In this document: piece by piece, positions 27,528-37,725 of the stretch
How the letters are laid out: every line of letters starts with the position of its first letter
Numbering within the stretch: position 1 is the stretch's first letter
DNA from: Hydrolagus colliei
Taxonomy: Eukaryota
Assembly (NCBI GenBank): GCA_035084275.1
Contig: CM068761.1
Coordinates: forward strand, 434,001 to 498,000
Direction of reading: 5' to 3'
DNA length: 64,000 nt
Translations under genes and position numbers: made by a program
The notes under the pieces: model-generated
What the model saw: only the letters and a program-made list of their open reading frames with translations
Databases searched by the model: none
What the model was told of the DNA's origin: nothing

Positions 27528-27580
27528 CCAAATACCACACACACACTGCCCAAATACGCACACACACCCCAATTACACAT
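27343..27580. repeat. CA-rich minisatellite (unit about CACACACTGCCCAAA[T/C]) with an embedded (CA)n
   Basis: Repeated ACACAC-TGCCCAAA units; explains the H/T/C/V-rich ORFs here. Confidence 0.95.
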
Positions 27581-28174
27581 ACAGCAGAAACAAGTATATT
27601 TTCACATTGATAATAAATGCTAAAGTTATGGCTGTAAATGCCACCCCAGGGTTTTACTGGGGTCAATCAAAATTTGGAGTTTGAAGTGCGCACTTTGTAA
27701 GTACTGGCAAAATTTTTCAATATCTGAAATGCATAAAATGTAATTTTAACCTGCTTGTGTAGTGACTAACGTCCCATTTAAACAGGCTGCATATCAGCAG
27801 GTCATGAAACAAGAAACACATCTTGAAATGATCATTGTAAACACGTGAGCAGCTGCCTCTGGGTCTATTTGGTGAAGCATTAATGAGCTTGTATTCTTTT
27901 TAAAATGGTATGTCTAGACTGCATCTCAAAGTTTCAAACAAGAAAATATATTTAACAAGCCCTGTTAAAATACTTCAGCCTTTTCATGAAGCTGCATGTA
28001 GTTTCCATATAATACAAATTAAACCTTTATACTGTGTAATATTCTCCTCATATACGTCAGGAAAGGAGACATGGCAGTTTAGAGGCATTGCAGTTTTTAA
28101 GATTTACTGGAGCATATTTTCCAAAGGGTTTTGCATGATTAGGGGCATAGCTCTAGCAACAGTGAGGCTTCTCT

Positions 28175-28712
28175 AATAATAACAGCAACAGCAAATTACA
28201 TTTATACAAATACACATTTTTCATGCCAAGCGATGGACTGTGCAGGATTTGAACCTGAGCTGGGGGTTGGACTCAAGAGGGATGGAGGGCAGGGAGGCCA
28301 GGCAAATGCTCGTTGCTGAATGTAGCTGCGTGAGTGAGACACAGAAAGCGCAATTGAGTACATTCAGCAATGACCAGTGTGGGAGTCTGTCCGGATTAAT
28401 GGGGTTGTTGTACAAATTAACTGGCATGTATAAATGGGTAGCAATTCAAATGAATCAGGGCCGGCTGTTTTGTCCAATTTACCTGGCAGTTGAGGTTAAC
28501 TGACGTCCGATTAAAGCAGCTTCTGCCGTATTAGAGAGGACTGAGGACAGAGCCCTGGGGAACACCATACGTGAGAGTGCAAGGGCTGGAGGAGGAGCCG
28601 TTTGATTATACAAATTGGGGACAAAGGAAAGGGAAGAACGAAGCCAGGCAACGGCAGAGCCATGAAGGCGGAGCTGATACGGGAGGTGGTGGAGAAGAAA
28701 TGAATGATGACG
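28175..28712 (-). mobile_element. L2 LINE reverse transcriptase fragments, internally deleted
   Basis: Minus strand reads LLHHL..LRLHGSAVAWLRSSL...NGSSSSPCTLTYGVPQGSVLSPL (RT motif GVPQGSVLGP), then a segment resembling SRLDYCNSLLAGLP and a tail. Confidence 0.85.
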
Positions 28713-29352
28713 CTATCCCTTTAACAACAGTGTTATCAATATAGTAAGACTATCCCTTTAATAACGCAGTGACATGAAGTGTAGGGTTAATATAGATATG
28801 CCTGCAGTCAGAGGCTATGCTGTTTAAAAGCAACGCAACTCCATTTACACTCTAGCTGTAAATCCCAATTTGCTCCACATTCACAGCCGCCTGAAGTGCC
28901 AGTGCGCAGTGTGAATGGTGCAAATTGATTTCCTCAATCCTTGCTAGTGGATTGAAATTGCTCACAATTGTCTCCACTTTCAAAGACTTCCAGCAGTCAG
29001 TGCTGGGAGAGGATACATGAATATGCTTAACACACATTGTGCTTATTTAACGGAAAACCAAATGTCTCACGGATCAGACTAAAGGTTAAGTCTCTCAGCT
29101 TTCCAGGCACTCCTCAGGCTTGTAACAGTACACTAAGTTCCATTGTTGCCTATTAATTGATCTTTAATGCTGCAGAAACCACCCCCGCCACCGCCTTCAT
29201 GTGTAGCACTGAGTAAGATAACTAGCTACCCACGCAATTAATAGCTTGTATTTTGAGACATTAAACCAGAGAAACTTACTGAAGAGTCTGAGGCAAAAAG
29301 ATCGGGATTGAGACAGCGGCAAAGGGAGGGAGCGTATGAAGAGAGCGAGAGT

Positions 29353-29632
29353 GTGGAGTCCTGTAGCTCAGTGGTTAGAGTACTTGCCTCGCAAGCGAAA
29401 AACCTGGGTTCGATTCCCGGCAGGTTTGAAACCTTGGACAACTTTCCTTACTCCACAAGTCTGATAATAAATTGTTTGTGGAACATTCCTGTGCGCAATT
29501 GGCTGCTGTGTTTCTCCCATAAATATACAGTCAATTCTCTTTACAGTATATTCTGTGAAGCGCTTTGAGATGTCTAGAAGATGTGAAAAGTGCTATATCA
29601 AATGCAAAGATTATTATTGAGATTATTATTAT
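29353..29632 (+). mobile_element. Full-length tRNA-derived SINE (tRNA-Ala-like head, CORE-like segment, L2 tail; CmiSINE/SINE2_CM-like)
   Basis: A box TAGCTCAGTGG, B box GGTTCGATTCC, anticodon-loop-like CTCGCAA, then ACCTTGGACAACTTTCCTTACTCCAC and the shared tail ending ATGCAAAG(ATT)n. Confidence 0.92.
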
Positions 29633-29790
29633 GAAAGAGGGGGAGTGAGAGAGGGTGGAAGAATGAGAGGAGAGTGTGTGTGAGGGGGAGCGGGATAGAA
29701 GAGAGAGAGAGAGAGATGGGCAGTGAGAGCGTGACCAGGATAGAGGAGAGAGTTGGGGGGAGAGAGAGAAGGAAACAAGAGGACAGTAAG
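29633..29790. repeat. Purine-rich (GA) low-complexity tract
   Basis: G/A-rich with (GA)n runs. Confidence 0.8.
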
Positions 29791-29825
29791 TAATGATAGG
29801 AGCTGCACAATGAAAGGGGGAACAA

Positions 29826-29929
29826 AGCTCCGGTGAAAGGTTGTGGATCCGCAAACGTTAACTCGCTTTTCCTCTCTCCATAGATGCTGCCTGACCTGAT
29901 GAGTATTCCCAGCCATTTCTGTTTTTGTC
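29826..29929 (+). mobile_element. Penelope-like terminal-repeat fragment with a decayed hammerhead core (copy A)
   Basis: AGCT-CCGGTGA-AAGGTTGTGGATCC-GCAAACGTT-AACT, then TCCATAGATGCTGCCTGACCTG.TGAGT.TTCCCAGC shared with copies B and C. Confidence 0.7.
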
Positions 29930-30387
29930 TGAGTCAGCCAGTTTCACTTTGCTGCTCACTAGCCTTTAGTTATACAGTACATGCTCCGGTACAATCTGTC
30001 TTTTCTTCTGAGTGTTATTGAGAAACCTGAGGGATAGCAACCTAACCCTGTAGTCTGATCTAACAGCTGGCCCCACTCATCACACAATCAGGGAGCTATT
30101 AGTTTTCTAAAAAAAATAAGCGTCTGATCAGAATCAGATTAATTAACAATTAAATTTGCACAAACTGTAGACTCTGGACTCTATGTTCTGAAGATTACAT
30201 TTCTACCAGCTAATCCTCCTTCATATAAATGAGATCATTAAACGCATCACTGCAAGTTGAGCCCAAGGCTGAAACTCTCAATGCACAAAGGGCATGATCG
30301 ACGGTTTGGAGCTTTCAATAAGAGATGATTTTTGTGGGTTGAATTACAGACAGAATCATGATACAGGGCAGGTGACAGGGGTCGGAA

Positions 30388-30624
30388 GAAACAAAAACAG
30401 AAATGGCTGGGAACACTCAGCAGGTCAGGCAGCATCTATGGAGAAAGGAAAAGTGAGTCAACGTTTCGGGTCCATGATTTTCGGGTCCAATCTGACGAAG
30501 GGACATAGACCCAAAACTTTATTCACTTTTCCTCTCTCCATAGATGCTGCCTGACCCGCTGAGTGTTCCTAGCAACTTGTGTTTTTCTTTCAGAGTTCCA
30601 GTATCTGCAGTATTTTGCATTTTT
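30388..30624. mobile_element. Palindromic Penelope-like derived element with hammerhead remnants (copy B)
   Basis: 30388-30478 is an inverted copy of about 30500-30591; CTGACGA-A-GGG..CCC at 30492-30512; GAAACGTT retained on the minus arm. Confidence 0.75.
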
Positions 30625-30992
30625 GTTGGAGCTGAAAGAACGCGGACCCCCATCCCATCCATCCATTGGAAGAGAAGTCTGTCCGGCCAGTGGAAAATCA
30701 GAAGGAAGAACAATCCTACACTTTAATGTTGAATACCATAGAAATCTCCCACATGGTAAATAGGTGCCTGCTCTCTGCCACCAAAGAGCTGAGTGTCGCA
30801 GCAACTGACAGCAACTTTCTCAAAACACGTCACAAAATCACTGTGCCGGTGAGTGTGGAAGCCAATTTGTGCATAATAATGTCCAACTAACAGCCTACAA
30901 TCTAAAGAAAAGTACATTTGATTGCTATCCCGCTGCTGTGTAAGACACTCTGACCTCTAAATTTGCTTATCTTAAGAAAGTAGTCTGGCTGC

Positions 30993-31065
30993 TTGTCGTC
31001 CGGGTCGAACCCAGGTCTCTTGCTTGTAAAGTGATTGCTCTAACGATTGAGCTACAGGACTTCGC
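30993..31065 (-). mobile_element. Isolated tRNA-derived SINE head (antisense)
   Basis: Reverse complement GAAGTCCTGTAGCTCAATCGTTAGAGCAATCACTTTACAAGCAAGAGACCTGGGTTCGAC matches the head at 29353. Confidence 0.8.
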
Positions 31066-31106
31066 ATCCTGCATGTCTAAAGTTTAAGCAAACTACAATA
31101 TTGCTA

Positions 31107-31500
31107 AGTGGCTGTGTGTCAGTCTAACTCTGTGGTGGCACTCTCATCTCTAAATCAGAAGTTAGAAGGTTGTGGGTTCAAGCCCAATGTCGGGATTTGC
31201 TGTCCTTCAAATGAGGCGCTGAATGTAGGTTCTGTCTGATCAGGTGGACATGACAGAAACCATGGCATTATTTGAAAAGTGAAGGGAGTTTCTCTCTCCT
31301 GTTGGCCAATCAATTCCCCTAATATAATTGGTCACTAACTCCAGGACTGTTTGTGGGATATTGCTGTGTGCAAACTGGTTGCCACGTTTTGCCCACAAAA
31401 TATAGTCACTGCACTTTACAGCATATCTTTGTGAAGTACTTTTGAGATATCTCAACGACATGATGAGGCACTGTACTAAATGCAGGAATCATTGTTATTG
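31107..31500 (+). mobile_element. Deu-domain SINE (SacSINE1-like), near full length
   Basis: GGCACTCTCATCTCTAAATCAGAAG..GGTTGTGGGTTCAAGCCC head; TCAGGTGGAC..CCATGGCATTATTTGAA..GGGAGTTTCTC and TGTTTGTGGGATATTGCTGTGTGCAAACTGGTTGCC Deu-like body; L2 tail. Confidence 0.85.
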
Positions 31501-31579
31501 GCAGTAGTACTGTATTATTAAGGATATTATTCCCAATCAATGTCCTGGGCGAATTTACAGATAAACCCAGCATATGGTG

Positions 31580-31613
31580 CTGCCATTCCAATCATGGCCT
31601 GTAGATGGCACTG
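31580..31613 (+). promoter_or_regulatory. Candidate CTCF site (core plus upstream module)
   Basis: CTGCCATTCC-N5-TGGCCTGTAGATGGCACTG versus consensus CTGCAGTTCC-N5-TGGCCASYAGRKGGCRC; motif match only. Confidence 0.4.
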
Positions 31614-31804
31614 TGGTAGCACATTTAAGGAACATGCCTCACTTCAGCAACAAGGACCTATACCCATGAAGGTGGTGGTGCAAAGGTCAGCCAAAGAGCA
31701 TTAACTCACTGTGCCTCAAACCACACTCAGTTCATTCCTAATGAAAATAAATAGAGGATATCATGGTCAGAAGGGCATGGCTAACTGATCTGATGCATGA
31801 ATGA

Positions 31805-31989
31805 AACACAAAATACTACATATGCTGGGAATCTGAAACAAAAACAGATGGAAAATGAGTCAACATTTCGGGTCTACAACCCGAAACGACCTGTTCTGAG
31901 GAAGGGTTGTAGACCCGAAACATTCACTAATGTTCCTTTCTCCATAGATGCTGCCTGACCTGCTGAGTTTCCCCAGCAACTTCTGTTTT
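31805..31989. mobile_element. Palindromic Penelope-like derived element with a 14-bp target-site duplication (copy C)
   Basis: TGATGCATGAATGA at 31791-31804 and 31990-32003; inverted arms GAGTCAACATTTCGGGTCTACAACCC / GGGTTGTAGACCCGAAACATTCAC. Confidence 0.8.
31891..31929 (+). ncRNA. Minimal hammerhead-ribozyme-like motif (probably partly decayed)
   Basis: CUGAGGA (31896-31902), extra A, stem II GGGU/ACCC, GAAA (31917-31920), then C-AUU in place of C-GUH; stem I poorly paired. Confidence 0.55.
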
Positions 31990-33201
31990 TGATGCATGAA
32001 TGAGTTGGTGGTGGGGAGGGAGGGAGGGAGGGCAATGTCAGAGAATTGCTCGGCATTGGTGTGACTAACTGAAACTCTGGACTTGGTCAACAGTAACTCT
32101 TTCTCCACAGAAAAAAAATCAGCACAAGTCCCAGGCACACTGAGCCCTGGACACGCACACTATCTGATTTGTTGAGCTGGTCACTGAGGGCATTAGGAAA
32201 GCACTGAGATCAGAGATCACTGTTGGAATCAGTGGGTGGAAGTCAGGAGGTGGGAGATGGCACCTCTGAAGAAACAGTTCTGCTTTGCTCTTAGTGGCTG
32301 GGCTGCATTTACCACCATCGGGACATTAGAAACACATTGCAAATCTCAGCGTTTATGAGGTATTAGTCTCTTCTGAACGTTAAGATAATTTTAAATTCCC
32401 GCTGTGAGATACAAATGCCCTTTAGGAACATGATTTCACTTCTGATGCCTTGTGTTATTGGCTATGGGTCATTAATAAAGGATTAATGGAGCAGGCAACA
32501 GGAGAAAAGGCAACCAGGGTAACTAGATCAACAGAGCAGCAAAACAACTAGTTTCAAGGCAGCAAAGCAAAATGGCTCTCACTCTCTCCATCAGCGTGAC
32601 ACCACTCCCCCACCCTCTGTCCTTGGTTGTTTGCAGGCAGAAGGTGGCTGTCACATCTGCCTACAAAATGTACAGTTACTGCGCCCAATGGTAATTACCA
32701 AGAAGTGCTTTCAGAGATTCTGACGTTACAGGCTTGATAAACTGCAAGTGCTTTGTGTTTAAAGCAAGGCACAGGAAGCAGGTTTAGCTGCACTGCACAG
32801 TCACTTGCCCCTGGAAACAGACCTCTTTACAGCAAGCCGGGCGCGTATATGGTGATTATTTTATCATTCTCCCTTTAATTCTAAACTAACATCCCACTTT
32901 CTTCATTACAGTTCATAACTCAAGCCTGCTGGCCAATGTCTTGGAGCCACAAATGAGCCTCTTTACTGTACAGTGTTAAATCATATTAATATAATTGCAG
33001 ACATTATTCTAAGAATCAGTTTAGCAGCTCCTGCTGTTCCCACCAATGTAGCACTTCATTGCCTATAATAATCCTGAAGGTCCGTTCCTGATTCCATACG
33101 AATAAAAGGCCTGAGAATCACCAGATACAACCCGATAGGGAGGCGATTTCTCTCTTTGTTTTAAGATAATGGTGGTTGACTCTGTTTCCCTCCTACTAAG
33201 G

Positions 33202-33402
33202 CAGTGTTTTTTAATCACTTGGGGCACGCCTCCTTTGGGGGCGTGCGTACCATTGGCTGGGGGGGCGCAGAACTTTAGAGTCTTCAACCCCCGAGTGCGT
33301 GTGTAGCTGAGGCAGAGCCGAGTGCGAAGGAGGGGGTGGGGGCGCAATGGAAACATTGTGAGTTAGGGAGGGACGCCGCTATTCAAACTTTGGAAACCAC
33401 TG
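33202..33402. mobile_element. Non-autonomous hAT (Charlie-like) DNA transposon / MITE
   Basis: Ends CAGTGTTTTTTAA / TTTGGAAACCACTG; 8-bp flanks TACTAAGG and GACTAACG (6/8 identical); GC-rich interior. Confidence 0.8.
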
Positions 33403-34929
33403 GACTAACGGAAACACAACTTTGCGGGGAGGCAAGATGTTCAGAACATTGAGATATTTTTATATCCTAAAACACGGTATCAAATGTAAGTAAGGATTGA
33501 TTATTATCATTATAAAAATAACAACTCCATAAGAAATGTTTATCTGAAGAGCAAATCTGTCCATTTCATATCCAAACAAGTCACTCCTTCTCACTAGTGG
33601 GGCAAAGGTTTCACTCACACACAGTCTGTCAGATGTAACATAAATTGCCAAATGGATGACTTTGTTAGTGCAGAGTGACCTGGTTAGGTTACTATGTACT
33701 GTGAGATGTCAGGCACAGTGTATTCACAGGGAAATTGCAGGAACACAATGACAGCTTGTAAAGCCAGCAAAAGATATAGAGGTCCAACCAATCTCAAACA
33801 GACAAACAAAACTAGTTACAGTGAAAGCAGAGGGGTGTGACTGAGACAAGCAGGCCAACTGACACCAGTGTGTGGGAAGAGTCTGAGGACATACTGACAT
33901 TTCCTTATGGAATAACCGCAAAAGCAATCCCAAGCCCAGCCACTGAGCAGTCTCTGCACTCAGTCTGTCAGTCAGTCTCTGCCGTCAGTCAGCCAAGCCA
34001 GTTTAAGCCAACTGTATCCTACCTGAGCAAAATGAACAAGTTCTTTCTTTGTCCCACGTCCACCCGTATCCACCCTGCTAACAGTCCTTGCTCACCAGAG
34101 CCCTGAGTGCATGTTGTCAACAACAATTCTCTTATTAACAATTCTCTCTACCTCTGGAAGAGCACTCCCAGTGCAAGCAGGTCCTGAAACATTAATCAGT
34201 TAAATTGTGCAGAAAGTACACCGATCACTGGTCTAGTAACATACGACATGTCAAAACTCAAAGGCCCAAGGCAGAGCAGTCTTTCCATTGCTTGCATCCT
34301 GTCTCCCACCCTGTATTTCTTCCATAGAAAGAATTTGCAAACAATATTGCATCTTTTGTTTTGCTTCCTGCTATTGACTGATACAATAGTGAGAAACACA
34401 ACTCGGGCCACTAGAGCGAGAATGTCAAAGCCTCTAACACTCTTTGATCACAAATAAGTACAGTATAGTGTCTTAGAATTAAAACTGTGCTGTCTTCCTG
34501 TGAGCAAACACAACCCAGTTTTGTTCTGTGGCTGCGATAACACGCACAGAGAGGCCTAAAGAAAGTCAGCATATTTCACTCGATATCATACGATGATCAT
34601 TGGGCATTATGCCGGCAATCTTCTGGACAACGGGAGACTTGAATATTCCGGTTCAATGGCTTGAATTCTCTCTCGGCGTGATTTCACTCACCTCAGCCTC
34701 AGATAGAGCTGCAAAATGGCACTTTGCTGGTTCCCAGTGGCAAATGCTTTCATCCCTTGGGAGAGCTGAAACATATGAATGTAGGTGGTTCAGAGGAGTA
34801 ACACACAGCTTTTTCTTGGCTGCCTTTTTCAGTTACTCCCTGTCTTCACTCTTCTAAAGGGCACACAAGGGGTTTATTGTTTTATATCATTACAGTAGTA
34901 TCGATTCTAATCTTCAATTGACCTCTACA

Positions 34930-35375
34930 TAATAATAAGTTATTAAACGTATGACAGCACCATTAATGTCATAATGTCTTAAAGCATTTCACATGGAACT
35001 GCTGTCAAGTACATTGACTCCATTTGAAGACAATTTGCCCACAAACAGCCTCAAAGCAAACAACCAATTTATCTGGATGATTGCTGGCCAGGTCACGGGA
35101 AGAAACTCCATTCTCTTTTCAAAGCAAGATTTTTAATGTCCACCCGGGCAACAACAACAACTTCGATTTATATAGCGCCCTCCACGCCGGACGGCGTCTC
35201 AGAGCACTTCAAGTAGATGTGACCTTGATTTAATATCTGAAAGATGACAGTGCAGTATTGTCCCAATATTACAGTGATGCGTGGGCCTGGACTGAGAACT
35301 CAAAGTCCCAATGTGGGGCATGAACCCATAACCGTAAGAGTCAAGCGTGTGATCAACAGAGCCAGGCTGATACCT
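34930..35375 (-). mobile_element. Deu-domain SINE (antisense) interrupted by an L2 tail at about 35149-35215
   Basis: TTGCTGGCCAGG..AGAAACTCC..TTTTAATGTCCACC and AAAGTCCCAATGTGGGGCATGAACCCATAACC are the reverse complement of the 31107-type element. Confidence 0.7.
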
Positions 35376-35849
35376 GCTTGCTTCTTTATGAAAACAGCAT
35401 TAAATAATGGCAAGATTATCGATGTGTGGTATGTATTAAACACAATAGCAGACATCTGCACATGAGTTTAAAACCCTAAATAAATGCCAGGATTCGGTTG
35501 ATGGCACTTTCACCTTTGCTCAAAATTTATGATGTGATCTGACAAAGTCCATTTGGATTGCAGTTCATGATTCCATCCACGATATGTTGTGAGTGACAGT
35601 GAGAATATCTTTGATGCTAACAGTATGCTTTTCCTGAGACCCAGGTTTGATCATCAAAATCTGTCGCCATTCCCTTCGATTGTCTTTCAAAGTCCAATTA
35701 AGTGAACAATTGTTAAAACAAACTTTGGTGCTTGGCCTGAGCTCAGAACCCTTGTCTGCTTCTACTTCCTGTTGCTAAAATCTGAGCAGCATCAACCCTC
35801 ATTGATCAAATGGGTCCAATTTTAAGTAACTGATTTATTGTGTGGGGTT

Positions 35850-36200
35850 TATAGGACCAACAGTGCCTCTCATTCCCTGAGGAATGAGGTCCAAGCAATG
35901 ATTAGACAAGCTACGTCTCTTCACTCTTAAAAGGAAACGTCTCACAGGAGACATTATAGAGGTATACAAGGTTTTAAATGGGATTGAAAAAGTAAATCCA
36001 GAACAATATCTTGGATTCACTGAGACAGCAAAACAAGAGGACAGAGCTTTAGAGTTGCAAAGGGCAAATTCAACCAGATACCAGGAACTCTTTCTTTATC
36101 CAGCAGGTAATTAACATCAGGAAGATATTACCAGCAAAGGTGGCTGAGGCCAGGAAGAAGAAATTGGCTTCCAAATTAAGACTGACTTTAAGAATTCTCC
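35850..36200 (+). mobile_element. CR1 LINE ORF2 C-terminal fragment
   Basis: Translates to LDKLRLFTLKRKRLTGDIIEVYKVLNGIEKVNPEQY (CR1 LGLFSLEKRRLRGDLIEVYK), then FFIQQVIN-like. Confidence 0.9.
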
Positions 36201-36434
36201 ATAGTGCTACACAATCATAAATCTCTAAACAAAACATTGTCATCGATGAAGACCAGGTGGAATGTTATTTTTACTGTCCAGGGAAGTAATAATTCATTGG
36301 ATTGAAAACTAAATGTATCAGTGTGCTTGAGTGGGCTGCACCACCTGCTGTGTTATGGAATGGTTGAAACCTCCCCTCAGTGATAGACTGTACAACAATG
36401 AGAGTGCGCACCAGTAAGTATACATTACATGCCC

Positions 36435-36560
36435 TGTTGAACAAGAGGCTGAGTAGACTTGTGTTATATTCCTTTGAGCTGAGGAAGTACGAGATGGTGT
36501 GATTGAGCTGTGTAAAAGATTTAAGGGAACATATAAGTCAATTTAGAAAAAAAATTTGAA
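36435..36560 (+). mobile_element. CR1 ORF2 fragment, decayed
   Basis: AGGCTGAGTAGACTTGTGTTATATTCCTTTGAGCTGAGGAAG (RLSRLVLYSFELRK). Confidence 0.6.
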
Positions 36561-36569
36561 CTGCAGAAA

Positions 36570-36665
36570 GATGGTTTCCAATTTAATACTGAATAGAAGA
36601 ATTTAGTCTCATAGCATTCCATAGAATGGTCTCACAGGCTGAGACCAGGTGGAATTTCAGGCCTC
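36570..36665 (-). mobile_element. GAGGCCTGAAATTCCACC family terminus
   Basis: AATGGTCTCACAGGCTGAGACCAGGTGGAATTTCAGGCCTC is the reverse complement of 61562 onward. Confidence 0.7.
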
Positions 36666-37441
36666 TGGTTGATTTTAATCACAGAAAATACCTAAATTTT
36701 AACCATAGAAATGTATGAAACAGTAGGTAGGAGGCCATTCAACCCATTATTCACGTTGGTGTTTTGTTCCTCCAAGAAGCCGTCCATCCAAATCCTAATT
36801 CCCCACTCTCTCCCCATCACTTGTAACTTCCTTTGAATTTCATAAGACAGAACAATTGTGAAAGGATTTACTCCAGCCTCAATCACATAGTTTCTTCAGA
36901 CCAACCTGAAATAGAATCTGTTTTTCATCGAACGCTTGTGTGTTTAAGGCTATTTTCCTGCTGTCCGTTGGCTGGAAACCCCATGTGGATGATCTCCATC
37001 ATTTCAACAAACCAGAGACATTTTCCGATCTCTAATACTGATTTTTTTGAGAGATGTTTTCAAAAGTGAACAGAAATGAAGATATTGTCTGTTGTGTTTA
37101 ATTCCATCAGCACCAAGGGACGATTTGGTGTCAGCGAGAAGCAGATGTTATGGAGTTACAAGAGGAAATTAGTGAAGAAACCATTTTTTTCCATTCATAC
37201 CAGAGGTCATTTGACTTGGCATACATGCCTTGTTAAACATATGGAAAACTTTTCAGTGTAGTAGGTAATGAATATTCTGGATGAAAAGCTCGAAAAAAAA
37301 TCAGCACAAAAGCCAGGAATTCAGACAATTGAGCTGTGTCCTCTCTTTGCGCCAAACAAATTGTATTTAAATAATTAGATCAGCATAATCAAAGTTCTTT
37401 TTATAAAAGATTATCATTCCTGAACTTCAAAGGCAATCATT

Positions 37442-37725
37442 CAACAACAACTTGGATTTATATAGCGCACTCCATGCTGGACTGAGTCTCAGAGTGCTTC
37501 CCAATAATGGATCCCGGGGCCGAGTCATGGGGAGGGGGATAAAGATACCAAAGGCACGGTCGAAAAGGTCTTTAGCCAAGACCTGAAAATAGGAAGAGAG
37601 GGGGCAATGCGAATGGAGTGAGGAGGGAGTTCCAGAGCCTCGAGGTGCAGCAGCTGAAGGCACGGCCGCCAACTGTGGAGAGGAGAATTCGGGGGACATG
37701 GAGGAGGCCAGACCCAGTAGTAATG
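37442..37725 (-). mobile_element. L2 3' end fragment
   Basis: Minus strand TVGGRAFSCC..RLWNSLP / SIRIAPSLPIFRSWLKT, with an (AAC)n tail. Confidence 0.88.

Noticed and set aside
27046-27666. Six overlapping H/T- or C/V-rich ORFs
   Set aside because: Artefacts of the stop-free CA-rich minisatellite.
29356-29428. tRNA-Ala(CGC) gene
   Set aside because: Stems are imperfect, it continues into a SINE body and tail, and sister copies have different anticodon-loop sequences; it is a SINE head.
30764-30848. Plus-strand exon candidate ending CCG|GTGAGT
   Set aside because: Poor acceptor and no recognisable peptide.
32110-32135. GAAAAAAAATCAGCACAA shared with 37292
   Set aside because: Half of the match is an A run; probably an old repeat remnant or chance.
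34692-34765. 74-nt minus-strand exon candidate (TTTCAG acceptor, GAG|GTGAGT donor)
   Set aside because: Weak pyrimidine tract, unrecognisable peptides and no partner exons.
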